Shown in pieces: positions 10,493-23,429 of a DNA stretch of 64,000 nt (its first letter is position 1; the number at the start of each line of letters is the position of its first letter). Position numbers and translations under genes: made by a program. This DNA comes from Octopus vulgaris (taxonomy: Eukaryota): contig OX597821.1 in assembly GCA_951406725.2 (NCBI GenBank), positions 54,560,001-54,624,000 of the forward strand. The letters are read 5' to 3'. The notes under the pieces are model-generated. The model saw nothing but the letters and a program-made list of their open reading frames with translations. It was not told the origin of the DNA and ran no database searches.

Positions 10493-12218
10493 ACCTTTTT
10501 GATTCACTCACTAGCCTCTCCTATATTTCCCTCCAGCATCTGCTACAATCACCTCCACCCTACGCCCTCATCTAGTTCAAACTTCAATGTCACCACACCT
10601 GTTCTCACTGCCCTCAATGTTCCTCAAGAACATGTCCTTACACATTTTCATCATCATCTCTCTCACTATCACTCTCTTTATCTTACTCTTTAACTTGCTC
10701 TCCTTTCTTTTCCAGCTAGGGTACCCATGCATCTACTCTACAGCAAGATATTTATCTTTGTTCCCCTATACATTAGTATCTCAACTAACACAAAGCACCC
10801 CACACAATACTTCTCCTCACTTCACCCCAAGCTAAGGGATTTTTGTCTTGCAAGGTGCTTGATGACCCTGTCAGTGATGATGCCATGTAAAAAAGCATAT
10901 AAAAAGCACCAACGCTGGTTCCACACACAGAGCACTGGCACTGGTGCCATATAAAAAGCATCCAGTAATACTGTAAAGTGGTTGGCATTAGGAAGGGCAT
11001 CCAGTGGTTGGCATTAGGAAGGGTATCCAGCTGTTGAAATCAAGACAATGGTTTCTACAGACAAAGGAGCTTGGTGCAGCTCCCAGCCTTGCCAGGTCCT
11101 ACCAAACTGTCCACCCATGCCAGCACGGATAAGAAATGTTAAATGGTGACAATAATGATGACGTCGAGGATGACGATGATGATGTTGACGACAATGATAT
11201 GTTATTCATGTACAAGTTATTTGGAAAATGGAAGTGGGTGTGTGGATAAAAAAAAATGAGAAATACTGCTGTATGAGCTACTAATGATACCAAATAATTA
11301 TGCCTCGGAAAAATTCAGATGGTTTCAGAACCTTTCTATTTCATCTGCATATTTCACCCATGTATTTTATTTATGAATTTACAACTTTTATGATAACAAG
11401 CACAGCTATGACCATGTAGCGCAGAAGCTCATATCACAACTTGGTGAGTTTTAGTTCACTTACACTGCAAGGTTCTAGAGGCAGGTGTCTTCTACTATGG
11501 CTTGTGACAGCTCACTCCTTGTTCTTAGAATTTTTATCTAAAAATTGTATGGAGTTTGTCACATGTACACACACACACACGTGTTTTCTCTATTCTCAAA
11601 AACACATTTCCCTGTCCAAGTCTTTGTCTAAACTGAATCCGTCATTAAGCTGATGCACATAACAATTAGTGACCGAAGGAACCTCTACACAGTCACTTTA
11701 ATTAAAACACCAACCACATCTCACTCAAATCACACCCTAACCTAAACACAAACTCTAGTCTTCTTATATAAGGAGCTGATACATTGAAAGTAAGCCTAGA
11801 CATACTCTTGAAATGACAGAGGGGAGACATTTGAACACAGGTTTACGAATTCAGGGTTGACTTATTAAGTAACAAACAACAGCTACAAGAATTACTATTA
11901 CTGCAACTGCTCCTGTTGCTATACAATTTCTTAGATCCTGTTTCTCTTGGATTTATTATAAGCTGTCACAAATCCTACAGTGCCTTCCTGCAACATATTA
12001 TGTTCTAATATATAGTAATTAAAGAATTATATCGCTATATATCTACATTTTATTTCTATCTTATCTCTAGCACTCCATTCATGTAGAAACTTTCAGTGTT
12101 TTCCTTTAAATCTTTCAGTGTTATTTTCTAAACGAGAAAATGTTTTTAAGCAAGAAAGCACAATCAACTTATATTGTCATGTAGAAAGAAAAATCAGTTA
12201 AAAAAGTATTTACATTGT

Positions 12219-12285
<67 letters not shown>

Positions 12286-14179
12286 TGTATGTATGTATGT
12301 ATAGTGTATAATATTTATAAGTAATGAAGGGAAAAAAAATGTCTATTGAACAGTGTATATTCCTGCAGCTATACGTAAATGTTATTTAATATAACTATCT
12401 AAAATTGCCATCCAACACCTGACAACATAGAAAATGGAAAACTGATGACTCCAAATGATAAAAAGATCATTATGTATTTTGATTTATGAAAATAGAATGA
12501 ATATTAAGAAATAAATTAGAAATTTAACTCCAGAAAGTTATCCTGGAATGAGGATGTAAAACTTATAGCTCATGTCTTCAGAGAAACATTGAATTATTGC
12601 AGCATTTTTGAAAAATTGCTGCTTTTTAATAAGTGCAAAGAGGATGAGGGAAGCAGCAGAAAATTGGCAAAGACTTTGGAGAAAATGTCTTGCATTGTTT
12701 AGTTACAATCCATTACCTTCTGAGTTCAAATTTTGTTATGATGAGCTTTACTTTTCACCTTTTAAAAACTGATAAAATAAAGTACTTGCTCTCAGAACAA
12801 AAACTACAGTAACTGACTTATCAAAGGTTTATAAACATTAAGTATGATACATAGATGACTGTTTTAATTTAATACTTCCTCATTATTTTATTTATGATCC
12901 AGCTGTAGAAACCATCCTAAAATTGATGTCACCTGTACTGGTCCCATATAAAAAGCACTCAGTCCATTCTGCAGGGTAATTGGTGTTAGGAAGGGCACCC
13001 TGTTGTAAAACCTAAGTTAAAACAGACTCAGATGTACAGTCTTCTGCCTGGCCAGCTCATGTCAAACTGTCCAACCATGCCAGCATACAAGGAGGACATT
13101 AAGAAACGATGATGATGATGATGAGTGGCTATTTACATCAGTTTTATTCATTGTTTTCTAAATTGGAGGTATCTATACATTGAAAAAGCCCTCAAAAAAG
13201 CCAAAATGTAAATATACACCATTAAAAAAGCTCAAAAAGGCCAAAATGAATTTGACATTCTCTCTGGCTGCTGCTGCTGCGGTGATTTTTTTTTGTCTTG
13301 CTCTGATATTAAATGTTCTTTTACCACAACACACTCATAAGAGATGTTATCTCAAGACAACTATCACAGTAAAGGGCCTATCAAAAGTGTGATACATTGA
13401 TGGTTCTAATGATCAACTAATTTCTCCCCTAAATGTCGAAATGTCTATATAAGAATTTGTGACTATCATCATCATCATCATTTAGCATCCACTTTCCATG
13501 CTGCACGGGTTCCTCCAGTCTGTTTTGACTTAATTTCTATGACTTGATGCCCTTCCCAATGCAAACCTCTCCATTGAGTGTAATGTGTGTATTTTACATG
13601 TCACCAGCATGAGTGACTCACATGTAGTGAAAATGTGAGTCAGCAAGGATTCTTCTAAGTGATCATATGACTAGTTAGAAATAGAAGACATATTGCCTTC
13701 AAATTACACCTTTTAGTCATAAAAAATAGAATGCTATAACATGGAACAGTCGAGCCAGGAACAGATCTGATGTCACGTCTGCTCAATCAGGGTTCACCCA
13801 GAAACATACAACAACAAACATTCAGAATTGAATTATTGCAAAATAATTTCCATTTTCCTTCAGAAGAGAAGCCCCAGTCTGTTTATGTTTTAAACCCCAT
13901 TGTAAATGAATATTTGTTTCTCGCTGAGCATGAAGTACTCTTTTTATGTAAAGTCTACTTAACTCCTTTCCATAGTGTTTTTTTTTTTTTGTTTTTTTTT
14001 GGGGGGTTTTTTGTTAATACAAAAATAAGCAAAAATTACATATTTGTGGTTTCTGTGTGTTTGTGTGTGTACTTGTAAACATTACGCTCTCTGCTGTCAC
14101 AAACATAATAAGCCCTACACAAACGCATACATAAGTTAACATGACAAGCATAACAGGCTTCCATGTTCAATACATGCAT

Positions 14180-14219
<40 letters not shown>

Positions 14220-14844
14220 ATGTGTATGTATCACCAAGCGCTTCTACTCACATACATCTTTGTTTGAGAACACATGCAAACACACACTCATATACACAGC
14301 CAGAAGTACAGTGACAAATGCAGGCATATATGTTACATACTAACAGATACATATTCATGTGCACATGCACACATACATATACACCCATACATATAAACAA
14401 CATATATCAACTACATTTTCTAATCCCACCCGTTTCCCCCTACAATGTAACTTGAGACAACAAACCCTCCTGGTTACTTTGCTTACCTCCTAAACACCCA
14501 ACTACTAGAGAGTATACACATGCACATATCCATGCCCTGCATAATGCACATACCAATACTAACAATTATGCACACTAACATGCTGACATATACATGTACA
14601 CACACACTCCATCAGGAACAGCTACTTATATGTCTGCATTGATATTCAGTATATAGACGCACACTCTTAGGCATACCTACAAATACATACACACATATAA
14701 ACAAGTACAAACACACAGCAATACAAATTCATTAACTCACTGTAAGCTGGTATTTCTTTTCACTCCTCAGCTTCCTCATTTCATCTCATTTCAAACAAAT
14801 ATTTCCCCCCATCATTAAGAATTTCAGTTAAATTAATCATTACC

Positions 14845-15185
14845 TGCGTCGCCTTACTGGCACTTGTGCTGGTGGCATGTGAAAAAACATCTGAGCGAGG
14901 TCTTTGCCAGTGCCGCTGGACTGGCACCTGTGCAGGTGGCACATAAAAGTACCATTTGAGCGTGGCCATTGCTAGTACCACCTGACTGGCCCTCGTGCTG
15001 GTGGCATGTAAAAGCACCCACTACACTCTCAGAGTGGTTGGGGTTAGGAGGGGCATCCAGCTGTAGAAACTCTGCCAGATCAGATTGGAGTCTGGTACAG
15101 CCATCTGGTTCGCCAGACCTCAGTCAAATCATCCAACCCATGCTAGCATGGAAAGTGGACGTTAAACGATGATGATGATGATGAT
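14845..15185 (+). mobile_element. RTE LINE 3' UTR or RTE-tailed SINE ending in (GAT)n
   Basis: GTGGTTGG..TTAGGA.GGGCATCCAGCTGTAGAAAC..CCAACCCATGC.AGCATGGAAA..GACGTTAAACGATGATGAT; the same tail follows RTE ORF ends at 27.9-28.7 and 61.1-62.1 kb; other copies near 10830, 12900, 13465(-), 16555(-), 30380, 45285(-), 49962(-), 54830. Confidence 0.8.
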
Positions 15186-16928
15186 TTTACTGCATTAAAT
15201 ATGACATTACCCACTTTACTATTAACTTATCCTGCATCAGGTGTCTCCAGGAATTTTCCTCAAGTTATACTTGTCTTTATATGTTTGTCTTCTCACACAT
15301 CTCTCTTTTTCTTTATTGGAAGGCTGAGATTCAAAAGTACTACCACTAATAATTTGTCAACTGACTTGAATTATTATCTGAAATATTTTCCCCATTTCAA
15401 GAGTATATTCTTTTAGACAAAACTAATAAATGTGTATAAAAATAACAGTAATTCTTATAGCAGTTTAAATGATATTGTAAAACGTTTTCAACATTTCAGT
15501 GATATGATTATATCCTCAGACAAAAACTAAAAATGTGAATGAAATAGCATTAATTCGAAAAAAATTGTTTCTCTAACAACATTACTGATGCTTGTGGAAA
15601 ATAACAAAACAAAGCAACTAATATCACTACGTTCAAAAGATAAGCATGACTTGTCACCTATTTCCAGGATCTGGGTGGTGTAGGGACAGAATCAAGTGTA
15701 TGACTAATCAAATACACAATAAAATGATCTCAATGGATTTAAAATGAAGAACAAGAGCTGGCAGACCGATGATACCAAAAATTCAGTCATTTCGCTCACA
15801 TCAACTACTGTTTATTCTGTAACTGCTAACAATGAAGATATAAATCAATGAGAGAGCTTACAAAAATAGTAACCAAATCTCCCTCAAATCACACATTGCT
15901 GTCTTGAAGTGAAATTATGTCTTCATGCATTCATTGTTTGAGCAGACTGATCTGGGGCTTAAACAACAGCAGAGAGATTATAGATAAACCAAATAAAAGG
16001 TAATCACATAAAAAATTGTTTAGTAAATGAACTGACATTTCACATGGCTGTCGTAATCAACAGAAGATATGTTAATTTTTTTTTCATTAATTTTACTTCA
16101 GGTATGAATTCTTCATCTTTGAAATCTCTCAGACATTTCCGTATGAAGATTTACATTTGACATTTTAATTGAATTATCTGGAAAAGAAATTTCTTTAAAA
16201 TTCATTGGATTATAGTCTTTATCAGTTTTTACAGTTTTATTATAAATAATTATTTTTTAAAAGAAATGTCTTTTATTTCGTTGATCTTCTGACAGTAAAC
16301 AATAAACAAATATTACTTTCGAACACTCTTCAGAAATATTTCTTAACACAAATCACAGAATAATTGGAAGAATAGTTATTAAAAAAATTCAAATCTATCT
16401 CAACAAAATTATCATCACCATCAACATTGCTGTCGTCATCGTCATCATCATCATAAGAAGAAGTAGCAGCAGCATCAGCACCACCGAATATCATTGTGCA
16501 TTCTGTCCAATGCTTTAACTTAGTCAATCACTCATGCCTTAACAAAGATAAGTCATCATTATCATCATCATCATCATCATTTAACACCTGTCTTCCATAC
16601 TGGCATGTGTTGGACGGTTTGATAGGGGCTGGCAAACTAGGGGATTGCACCAAACTCCACAGTCTGTTTTGGCATGGTTTTTATAGATGGATGCCTTTCC
16701 TAATGCCAGATACTTTACAGAGTAGGCTTGAATGATTTTTATGTGACACTAACTCTGACGAAATTTGTTTTGGCATGGTTTTCACAGCTGGAAGCCCTTC
16801 CCAGCATCAACTGCTTTACCTGTTTGATTGCTGATCTAGGTTTGACAATAACAAGGACAGTGTTATATTACAACTCAGTCCATTTTTTGATGGTTCCAGA
16901 AGCATATCAAGTTTTTTTTTATAAGAGA

Positions 16929-17320
16929 CTAGCAGTATCGCCCGGCGTTGCTCGGGTTTGTTTCGACCCGCTAGAATTGAAATTTTTGAAAAGTAAAAGT
17001 TTTGCATTATGTAGCTTGTTATTCTCTTCAAGTGAACATTTTTCTGGTTGAAATACACCGGGAAGTGGCGACACAGCAGTGAAAAAATCGTTAAAAAATA
17101 GGGATTTTCGTAGAAAAAAGCACGTTTTTGATGTAAATAATTTTTGGTGTTAACATGGTCCGATTTGAATTTTATCTTCTACGGAAGGAAGAGCAACCCT
17201 TCTTCTATCATACTCTCAATTTTGGTCAACTTGCACCGCAGGGTCTCGAAGGAGATAGTGTTAGTTGAAGGTTACCAAACCTGGCGCACACAGACAACTT
17301 CAGCTTTATATAGAGAGAGA
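16929..17320 (-). mobile_element. Complete non-autonomous Helitron
   Basis: Minus strand A|TCTCTCTCTATATAAAG...CCCGAGCAACGCCGGGCGATACTGCTAG|T: 5' TC, subterminal hairpin, 3' CTAG, AT insertion site. Confidence 0.85.
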
Positions 17321-17559
17321 TAACACACACACATTAATACACATACACACACACACACACACACATGTATGTATGTATATATGTACATGAACCCAGGATC
17401 ATGTGTTTGGAACGTAGTTTGTTACCACACAGCCACACCTGCCCCTATGTATGTGTGTGTGTGCGTATGTGTGTATGAGTAGATATATTATGCATGTATA
17501 TATGTGTATATATATGTGTACATATTACATTACATCTATATATATACATCTACACATAA

Positions 17560-18012
17560 AATACAAAATACAAAGTTATATCTTGATATCGCTTGTGATA
17601 ACAATACTCAAAATATATAACAGACTGGAATTTCGAACAATTGGATCTTGTCCTCCCTCTTGTATAGAAGCGTACGGCTGCAGCGAAATTCATTTTTGGA
17701 CTTTCTTCTATGGAAGGCATTTTAACAAAAATGCTTCCGTAATGACGGTGAAAATATTGTCAATTTTCCCAAACAGGGACACAATTCAATTTTTAAACAA
17801 TAACCAAAGCCCCTTCTCCGAAAGGGGGAGGGTTACGGTTTACAATTATTTAACAAATGCAACACAACAACGTTTCCCTAACGCAGAACCAACAAACGTG
17901 ATTACAATAGTCAAACAGTAATAATAACAACAAACCTTATTAATTTATCCTCATTTATGTGAAACCACTTATTCAAGTTCAAGTCGTTCATGCAATTTTA
18001 TACGAATTGCTA

Positions 18013-18079
<67 letters not shown>

Positions 18080-18378
18080 ATAAGGGAATACTTTCACTTT
18101 AATAGTTTCACACTTGCAAAGAGAAAGTAGGAGAAAGTGTGGTGGTAATAGCAGGAGTAAACCACTTGAAATGTGAGAGGCAAATCGTAAAATATTGAGT
18201 TTTCTCGAATTTTTGCTTAATTGGGGTCAAATTGAAAAAACTTTACATGCCATGACCCAATCGAATCTACTTGGAAAAATCATAAGTAAATTCCAATTGA
18301 AGAAATTCTATATTGTAGAATTGTATTAAAAAGAAACATGGGAACAGGCAGAGAAAATCTGCCTTTTATCATAAGAGA
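17560..18378 (-). mobile_element. Probable Helitron 5' portion
   Basis: Minus-strand start TCTCTTATGATAAAAGGCAG; interior richer in CpG than the flanks; 3' end not found. Confidence 0.45.
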
Positions 18379-19605
18379 TTTCTGGCTTCTCAATCAGCCC
18401 TTGTGCATTTCTGCAGAATGAAACACTGCAATTTCCAACAACATTCCCATGATGCAATGTAATAAACTACAATTGGGAGAGAGTGAGTGACGAACTGACC
18501 CCAGCACTTGACTGGTACTTTTTATCAAACCTGGAAGGATGAAGAGATAAAGCTGCAAATTTATTCATGTTATTAGACACAGTAGAAGTGCCTCATTATA
18601 ATCAGAGATGTTATCAAAATAAGCAGGTCAAAATATATATAGGATATCGTTATATCTTCAGTTGGTTATTGTTGTGTAAAAGCTCCTCCCACATTGAACT
18701 TTTATTGCATTCACTTTGGGAGGGGCTCATGATGTTCGTATTTTATTAAACAAAAGAAAGATTTTTTTCTATTTTTTAACAGCATATAATATTCATACTT
18801 GATCAGGTGGAATACATCATTCTTAGTCGGAGAAATTGTAAGGAAAAATGTCTAAAGTGCAACATAATTTGTTCATAGTTATGATATATTCTTATGATTT
18901 TTCAAATGAAGAATTTTTTATGACTTTCTCGAATTGCTCCTAAACTGTTAGTGATAGCGCCCAAATCTTTCTCAAACCAAACCTTTCTCTCTTAGAAAGT
19001 GGAAAGATACATCAACTAAAGTAATCAGGCATATATTTTATCTCAAAAAGGAAAAGGTAGTATTGTGATAGCTTGAATGTCTTTGATAATAGAACTGTTC
19101 AGTTAAGACCGACTTGGGGTTAAACAAACAAACTTCAACAAACAAATTTATGGAATTAAGTTTGAAAATAAATGATGGCAAAATCCCATCTTAATAAGTT
19201 TCAAATGTAATAATGGAGAACTCATCTCGAAATTTTGTGAGAATTTTCTTGAAATAACTTTCATTAATCTTAATTATGGCTCTAAAAGCATGGCTTAGTT
19301 TCCAGTGGAAACAGGTTTCTATAGCTTTATTGCATTTAGATAGAAACCTAGTAATGGAAAACCACAATTTATTGACATTATCTAATTGTGTATTGATTAG
19401 AAATTTCTGGGAACACGACAGATAGAATACAGCAAGAACACAAGAAAATTCTCAAAAAATAAAAACAATCTAAAATTGTATTGACGTACTAATCATTATT
19501 ATTTATTATTTTTATTATTTTATAACTAATAATGCATCTCTAGCCTCAAGTTGGATGTATATTATTTCATTTTTCCACTGCCATTCATCATAAACTAATG
19601 AAGTA

Positions 19606-20824
19606 TTGGTTCATCCCATAAATAATGCGATTTTTTTCATTCACATAAACTAAAAGTTGGAGGAGGATGGGATAAACTGTCTGCATCAATTTTCTATAAA
19701 AACAGGTAGTGATTTTACCTTCTGCTTATTCTTAGTGCAAATTTTGAAGAGTGCGGTTCACTTTTAACAGTTATTTTTCAAAGCTATAATGGAAGTGACA
19801 AAGGCATATATTTGGCATATTTTGCTTTATGAGTTCAATAAAGGAAACAGCACAACTGAAAGTATGAGGAATATTAATGCAGTATATAGGGATTGGACAA
19901 TAAGTGTAAGCCAGTGTCAATGGTGGTTCCAGAAATTCCAAGCCAAAAATTACAGCCTAGAAGCCTTGTCCTGGAAGATCTGTACAGATCAACAAGAACA
20001 TCCTGCAAACCCTGGTGGAACAAAATCCCATTGTAACTGCTAAGGGAACTAGCAGAGGAGCTTGGATTTGGTCGTTCAACCATTCATCAACACTTGCATG
20101 CTATTGGAAGAATCAGCAAATTGGGTCAATGGGTTCCTCACAAATTTTTCAAGTGTATTCGCGTACAGAGAGTGAATGTGTGCTCTTCTTTGCTGTCATG
20201 TCTCACGAATGAATCTTTTTTCAGACCAAATAGCGACTGGTGACAAAAAATGGATTCTCTATAAAAATGTCAAGCACTGAGACACTGGAGCCCCAGGGTA
20301 AAGAAGGTCTTGACCCACGTAAGGTGTTCTTATGTTTGATGAGATATGAAAGGTTTAGTCCACTTTGAACTTTTAAACCCAAACCAAACGATAACAAAGG
20401 AGATCTACTGTGAGTAGCATGAGCAGCTTAAGTCAGCACTTGAAGAAAAATAGCCATCATTGCTTTCAAGACGAGAGGTTTTCTTCCATCATGATAATGC
20501 TCTGTCACATACAGTGAGGATGACATTCCAAAGGCTGGAGCAGTTTGAATGGGAAACAATGCCCCACCCATCATATTCAAAATCATCTGGTCATAAAAAA
20601 TATGAATTCTGCAGATGAGGTCAGAACAGTACTGGAGGAGTATTTTTCATCACAGACAAGTGAATTTTGCAAGTGGGACCTTGCAAGTCTACCAGATAGA
20701 TGGAAGAGCATTGTAGAAAATGAAGGAGAGTATATTTTAGATTAAAAACGAACTTTGTTTATCTTAACTTTGAAACATAAAAGAAATATATAAAAAAAAG
20801 CACATTATTTATGGGATGACCCAA
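19606..20824 (+). mobile_element. Mariner (DD34D-type) transposon with defective transposase
   Basis: TIRs TTGGTTCATCCCATAAATAATG / CATTATTTATGGGATGACCCAA flanked by TA; MEVTK..ILLYEFNKG, WVPH, TGD.KW, HHDNA and LPDRWKSIVENEGEYILD* motifs with frameshifts. Confidence 0.92.
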
Positions 20825-21561
20825 TAGTTGTGACATTGTTATTCAACCTGTGTAAAAGAGAAGTTATATCTCTTTCAGAATGCATTCTTCAATCATAAAC
20901 GGAGAAAAAGCACATTGAATATTGCATTCTTTCTTCATTCTTTTTGCTTCAACTAAGAACATGCTTCTTCATAAACTAATGATGCGCTTGTGAAATTGTC
21001 ATTCAACCTGCACTAAATAGAAGCTACAACTCCTTCAAAATGCACCCTTCAACCATAAAATAAAAAAAAAACACATTGAATAATGCATTAGTAACTACAT
21101 TATTTCATTCACTTCTAACGACTCTTCTAAGAATAAGATTCCTATAATATCATATAAAGGAACTTCTATGTTCTCACTCAGCCTATTAAAAACAGTAGCT
21201 ATATTTTCTTCAAATCAAGATGGATACTTTGAATAATAGAGTACAAGATGCATTAGTCCTGAAAACAAGATAGTATAGTTGTGGCTGGAAGACCATTAAT
21301 GAAGGACCAATTACATAATGTAATCCTAAATATGACTAAAAAGACTGGATGGTCACTATTGGAATGCCACCATTAGTCTGCTCAATCATTGTTTACCTAG
21401 AGATAAACAGCAGCTACTCTATTTCCAATTGTTGTTAATTTCTTCAGTTGTTAATTTCTTAATGATGAAATTTACTTCAGTTGCAATTAAAACAAATTAA
21501 GATTCCATTGTTAAATATTTCACAAAAAGCTTATACAGCAATTGAGTAAATAATTTCTTCA

Positions 21562-21830
21562 TCAGCCAACTAATTAACCAGCCAACTAATTAACCAGCCA
21601 ACTAATTAACCAGCCAACCAACAGATGTTAAGCACAACATGACTGACCAACCAACAAACAACTGCTATGTACAACATGACTGAACCAACAAATAGCTGCT
21701 ATCTACAATGCAGCTCACCAACTCTAGCAATAGGCAGCATGACTCACAATTAAATCGACCATCTGACTCTAGTTATGTACAACATGACTCACTAACCCAC
21801 CAACTCTAGCAATGTATGACATGACAATAG
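21562..21830 (+). repeat. Minisatellite: (CAGCCAACTAATTAAC)x3 followed by degenerate ~40-bp ACAACATGACT units
   Basis: Tandem units visible directly. Confidence 0.75.
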
Positions 21831-22115
21831 ATAGACTGTCACATGACATATTTAGCAGGTGCAAATGTGTTTGTGTGATTAAAAATGTTTGTTCTGAAAG
21901 TATGAAATTTTGGGTCTGATATCACAGCATGGAACAGTGGGGAAATCTCTTTTACTGCAGATATAGGTAAACCAAAACCTTAAGAAGAATTGGATTGACA
22001 GAGACTCTACTGATGAGCCTACTGGATGATAGACTTAATCGTTCACCCAGTTTAACATCTCTACCTGAGTTTTGAATGTCTTTTGCAGAGTTCATTTTAT
22101 TGCAAACATTTAGAC

Positions 22116-22332
22116 CAGTACTTCTCAACTGGGTTCCATAAGGTCGTTGGGGGTCCGGATAAGATTTTGTTATCTTTCTACTATACACAAAATAACTTTT
22201 TGTTCAATTCCTAATAATATTTAAGCAAGAAAATACAATCGGAATATTTAAACACCAAATAGCTAGGAGGGTCCTTCTAAGTAAAATAGGAATCAAAGAG
22301 GTCTATTGGTAAAAAATGGTTAAGAAACATTG
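22116..22332. mobile_element. hAT-type MITE with 8-bp target-site duplication
   Basis: CAGTACTTCTCAAC ... GTTAAGAAACATTG; flanks ATTTAGAC / ATTTAGGC. Confidence 0.8.
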
Positions 22333-22634
22333 ATTTAGGCCAGATCTCCAGTTTGAGAACAACTCTACACTGAAGCAATTCAAAGAATTATAGTCAAACA
22401 ATGGACTGCTTGTTTCTGACTACTGCTGTAGTTTATCAATTTCAACAATTGTTACTAACATGAGTACAAGGCAAGAAATTTAGTGGAAGGAGTTAGTCTA
22501 TTAAACTGGCCTCAGTTTTTGGCTAGTTGTTTATTTTAATGTTACTGGAAGGATGAACTACGAAGTTGACCATGGCTGTAACTAAACATAGCCAACCATT
22601 TTGTCAATATGTTTGGATGAGTATGTATTTCAGT

Positions 22635-22932
22635 AGTTGTTTGCTCCTTCTTGAGCTACGCCTGGCTCATAAGGGCCGGTTTCCTTGATGTATAGGTTCC
22701 TCACCTGGACGGGACACCAGTCCGTCGCAGGTGAGCTGCAAGATGCAGAAGAAAGAGTGGGAGAAGGTTGTGGCGAAAGAGTCAGCAGAAGTTCGCCACT
22801 ACCTTCTGCTGGAGCCGTGTGGAGCTTAGGTGTTTCACTGATAAACACACACATCACCTGGTCTGAGATTCGAACCCACGATCACTTGACTGTGAGTCTG
22901 CTGCTCTAACCACTAGGCCATATGCCTACACA
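22635..22932 (-). mobile_element. tRNA-derived SINE, family C
   Basis: Minus-strand head TGGCCTAGTGGTTAG...GGTTCGAATCTC; similar to 41953-42258 and 48638-48906. Confidence 0.8.
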
Positions 22933-23246
22933 TGTATTTCTGTAGAAGTGAAAGAAAAAAATAGCCCTAGAATCTAAGAAAGCTTGTGATGGACTGTATT
23001 GACAAAATAATGACAATATAACAATAATAATCATTTCTACAATAGGCACAGGGCTTGAAATTTTTGGGGAGGGGGCTAGTCAATTACTTATATCAGCCCC
23101 TGTGCTCAACTGATAAATATTTCATTGACCCCAAAAATTGAAAGGCAAAGTTGACCACTGCAGCGTTTAAACTCATAATGTAAAGATGGACTAATTACCA
23201 CAAAGTATTTTGTTCAATATGCTAACAATTCTGCCAGCCTGCCACC

Positions 23247-23257
23247 TTAATAATAAC

Positions 23258-23307
<50 letters not shown>

Positions 23308-23381
23308 TGATGATGATGATGATTATGATAATAATAATAATAATGATGATAATAATAATAATGATGATGATGATGATTATG

Positions 23382-23428
<47 letters not shown>
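23247..23428. repeat. Compound (TAA)n/(TGA)n microsatellite between SINE B copies
   Basis: Visible directly; source of spurious poly-N and poly-I ORFs. Confidence 0.95.

Positions 23429-23429
<1 letters not shown>

Noticed and set aside
16080-16160. Acceptor-like TTTTACTTCAG followed by a short open frame
   Set aside because: No recognisable protein and a weak donor; cannot be supported without RNA data
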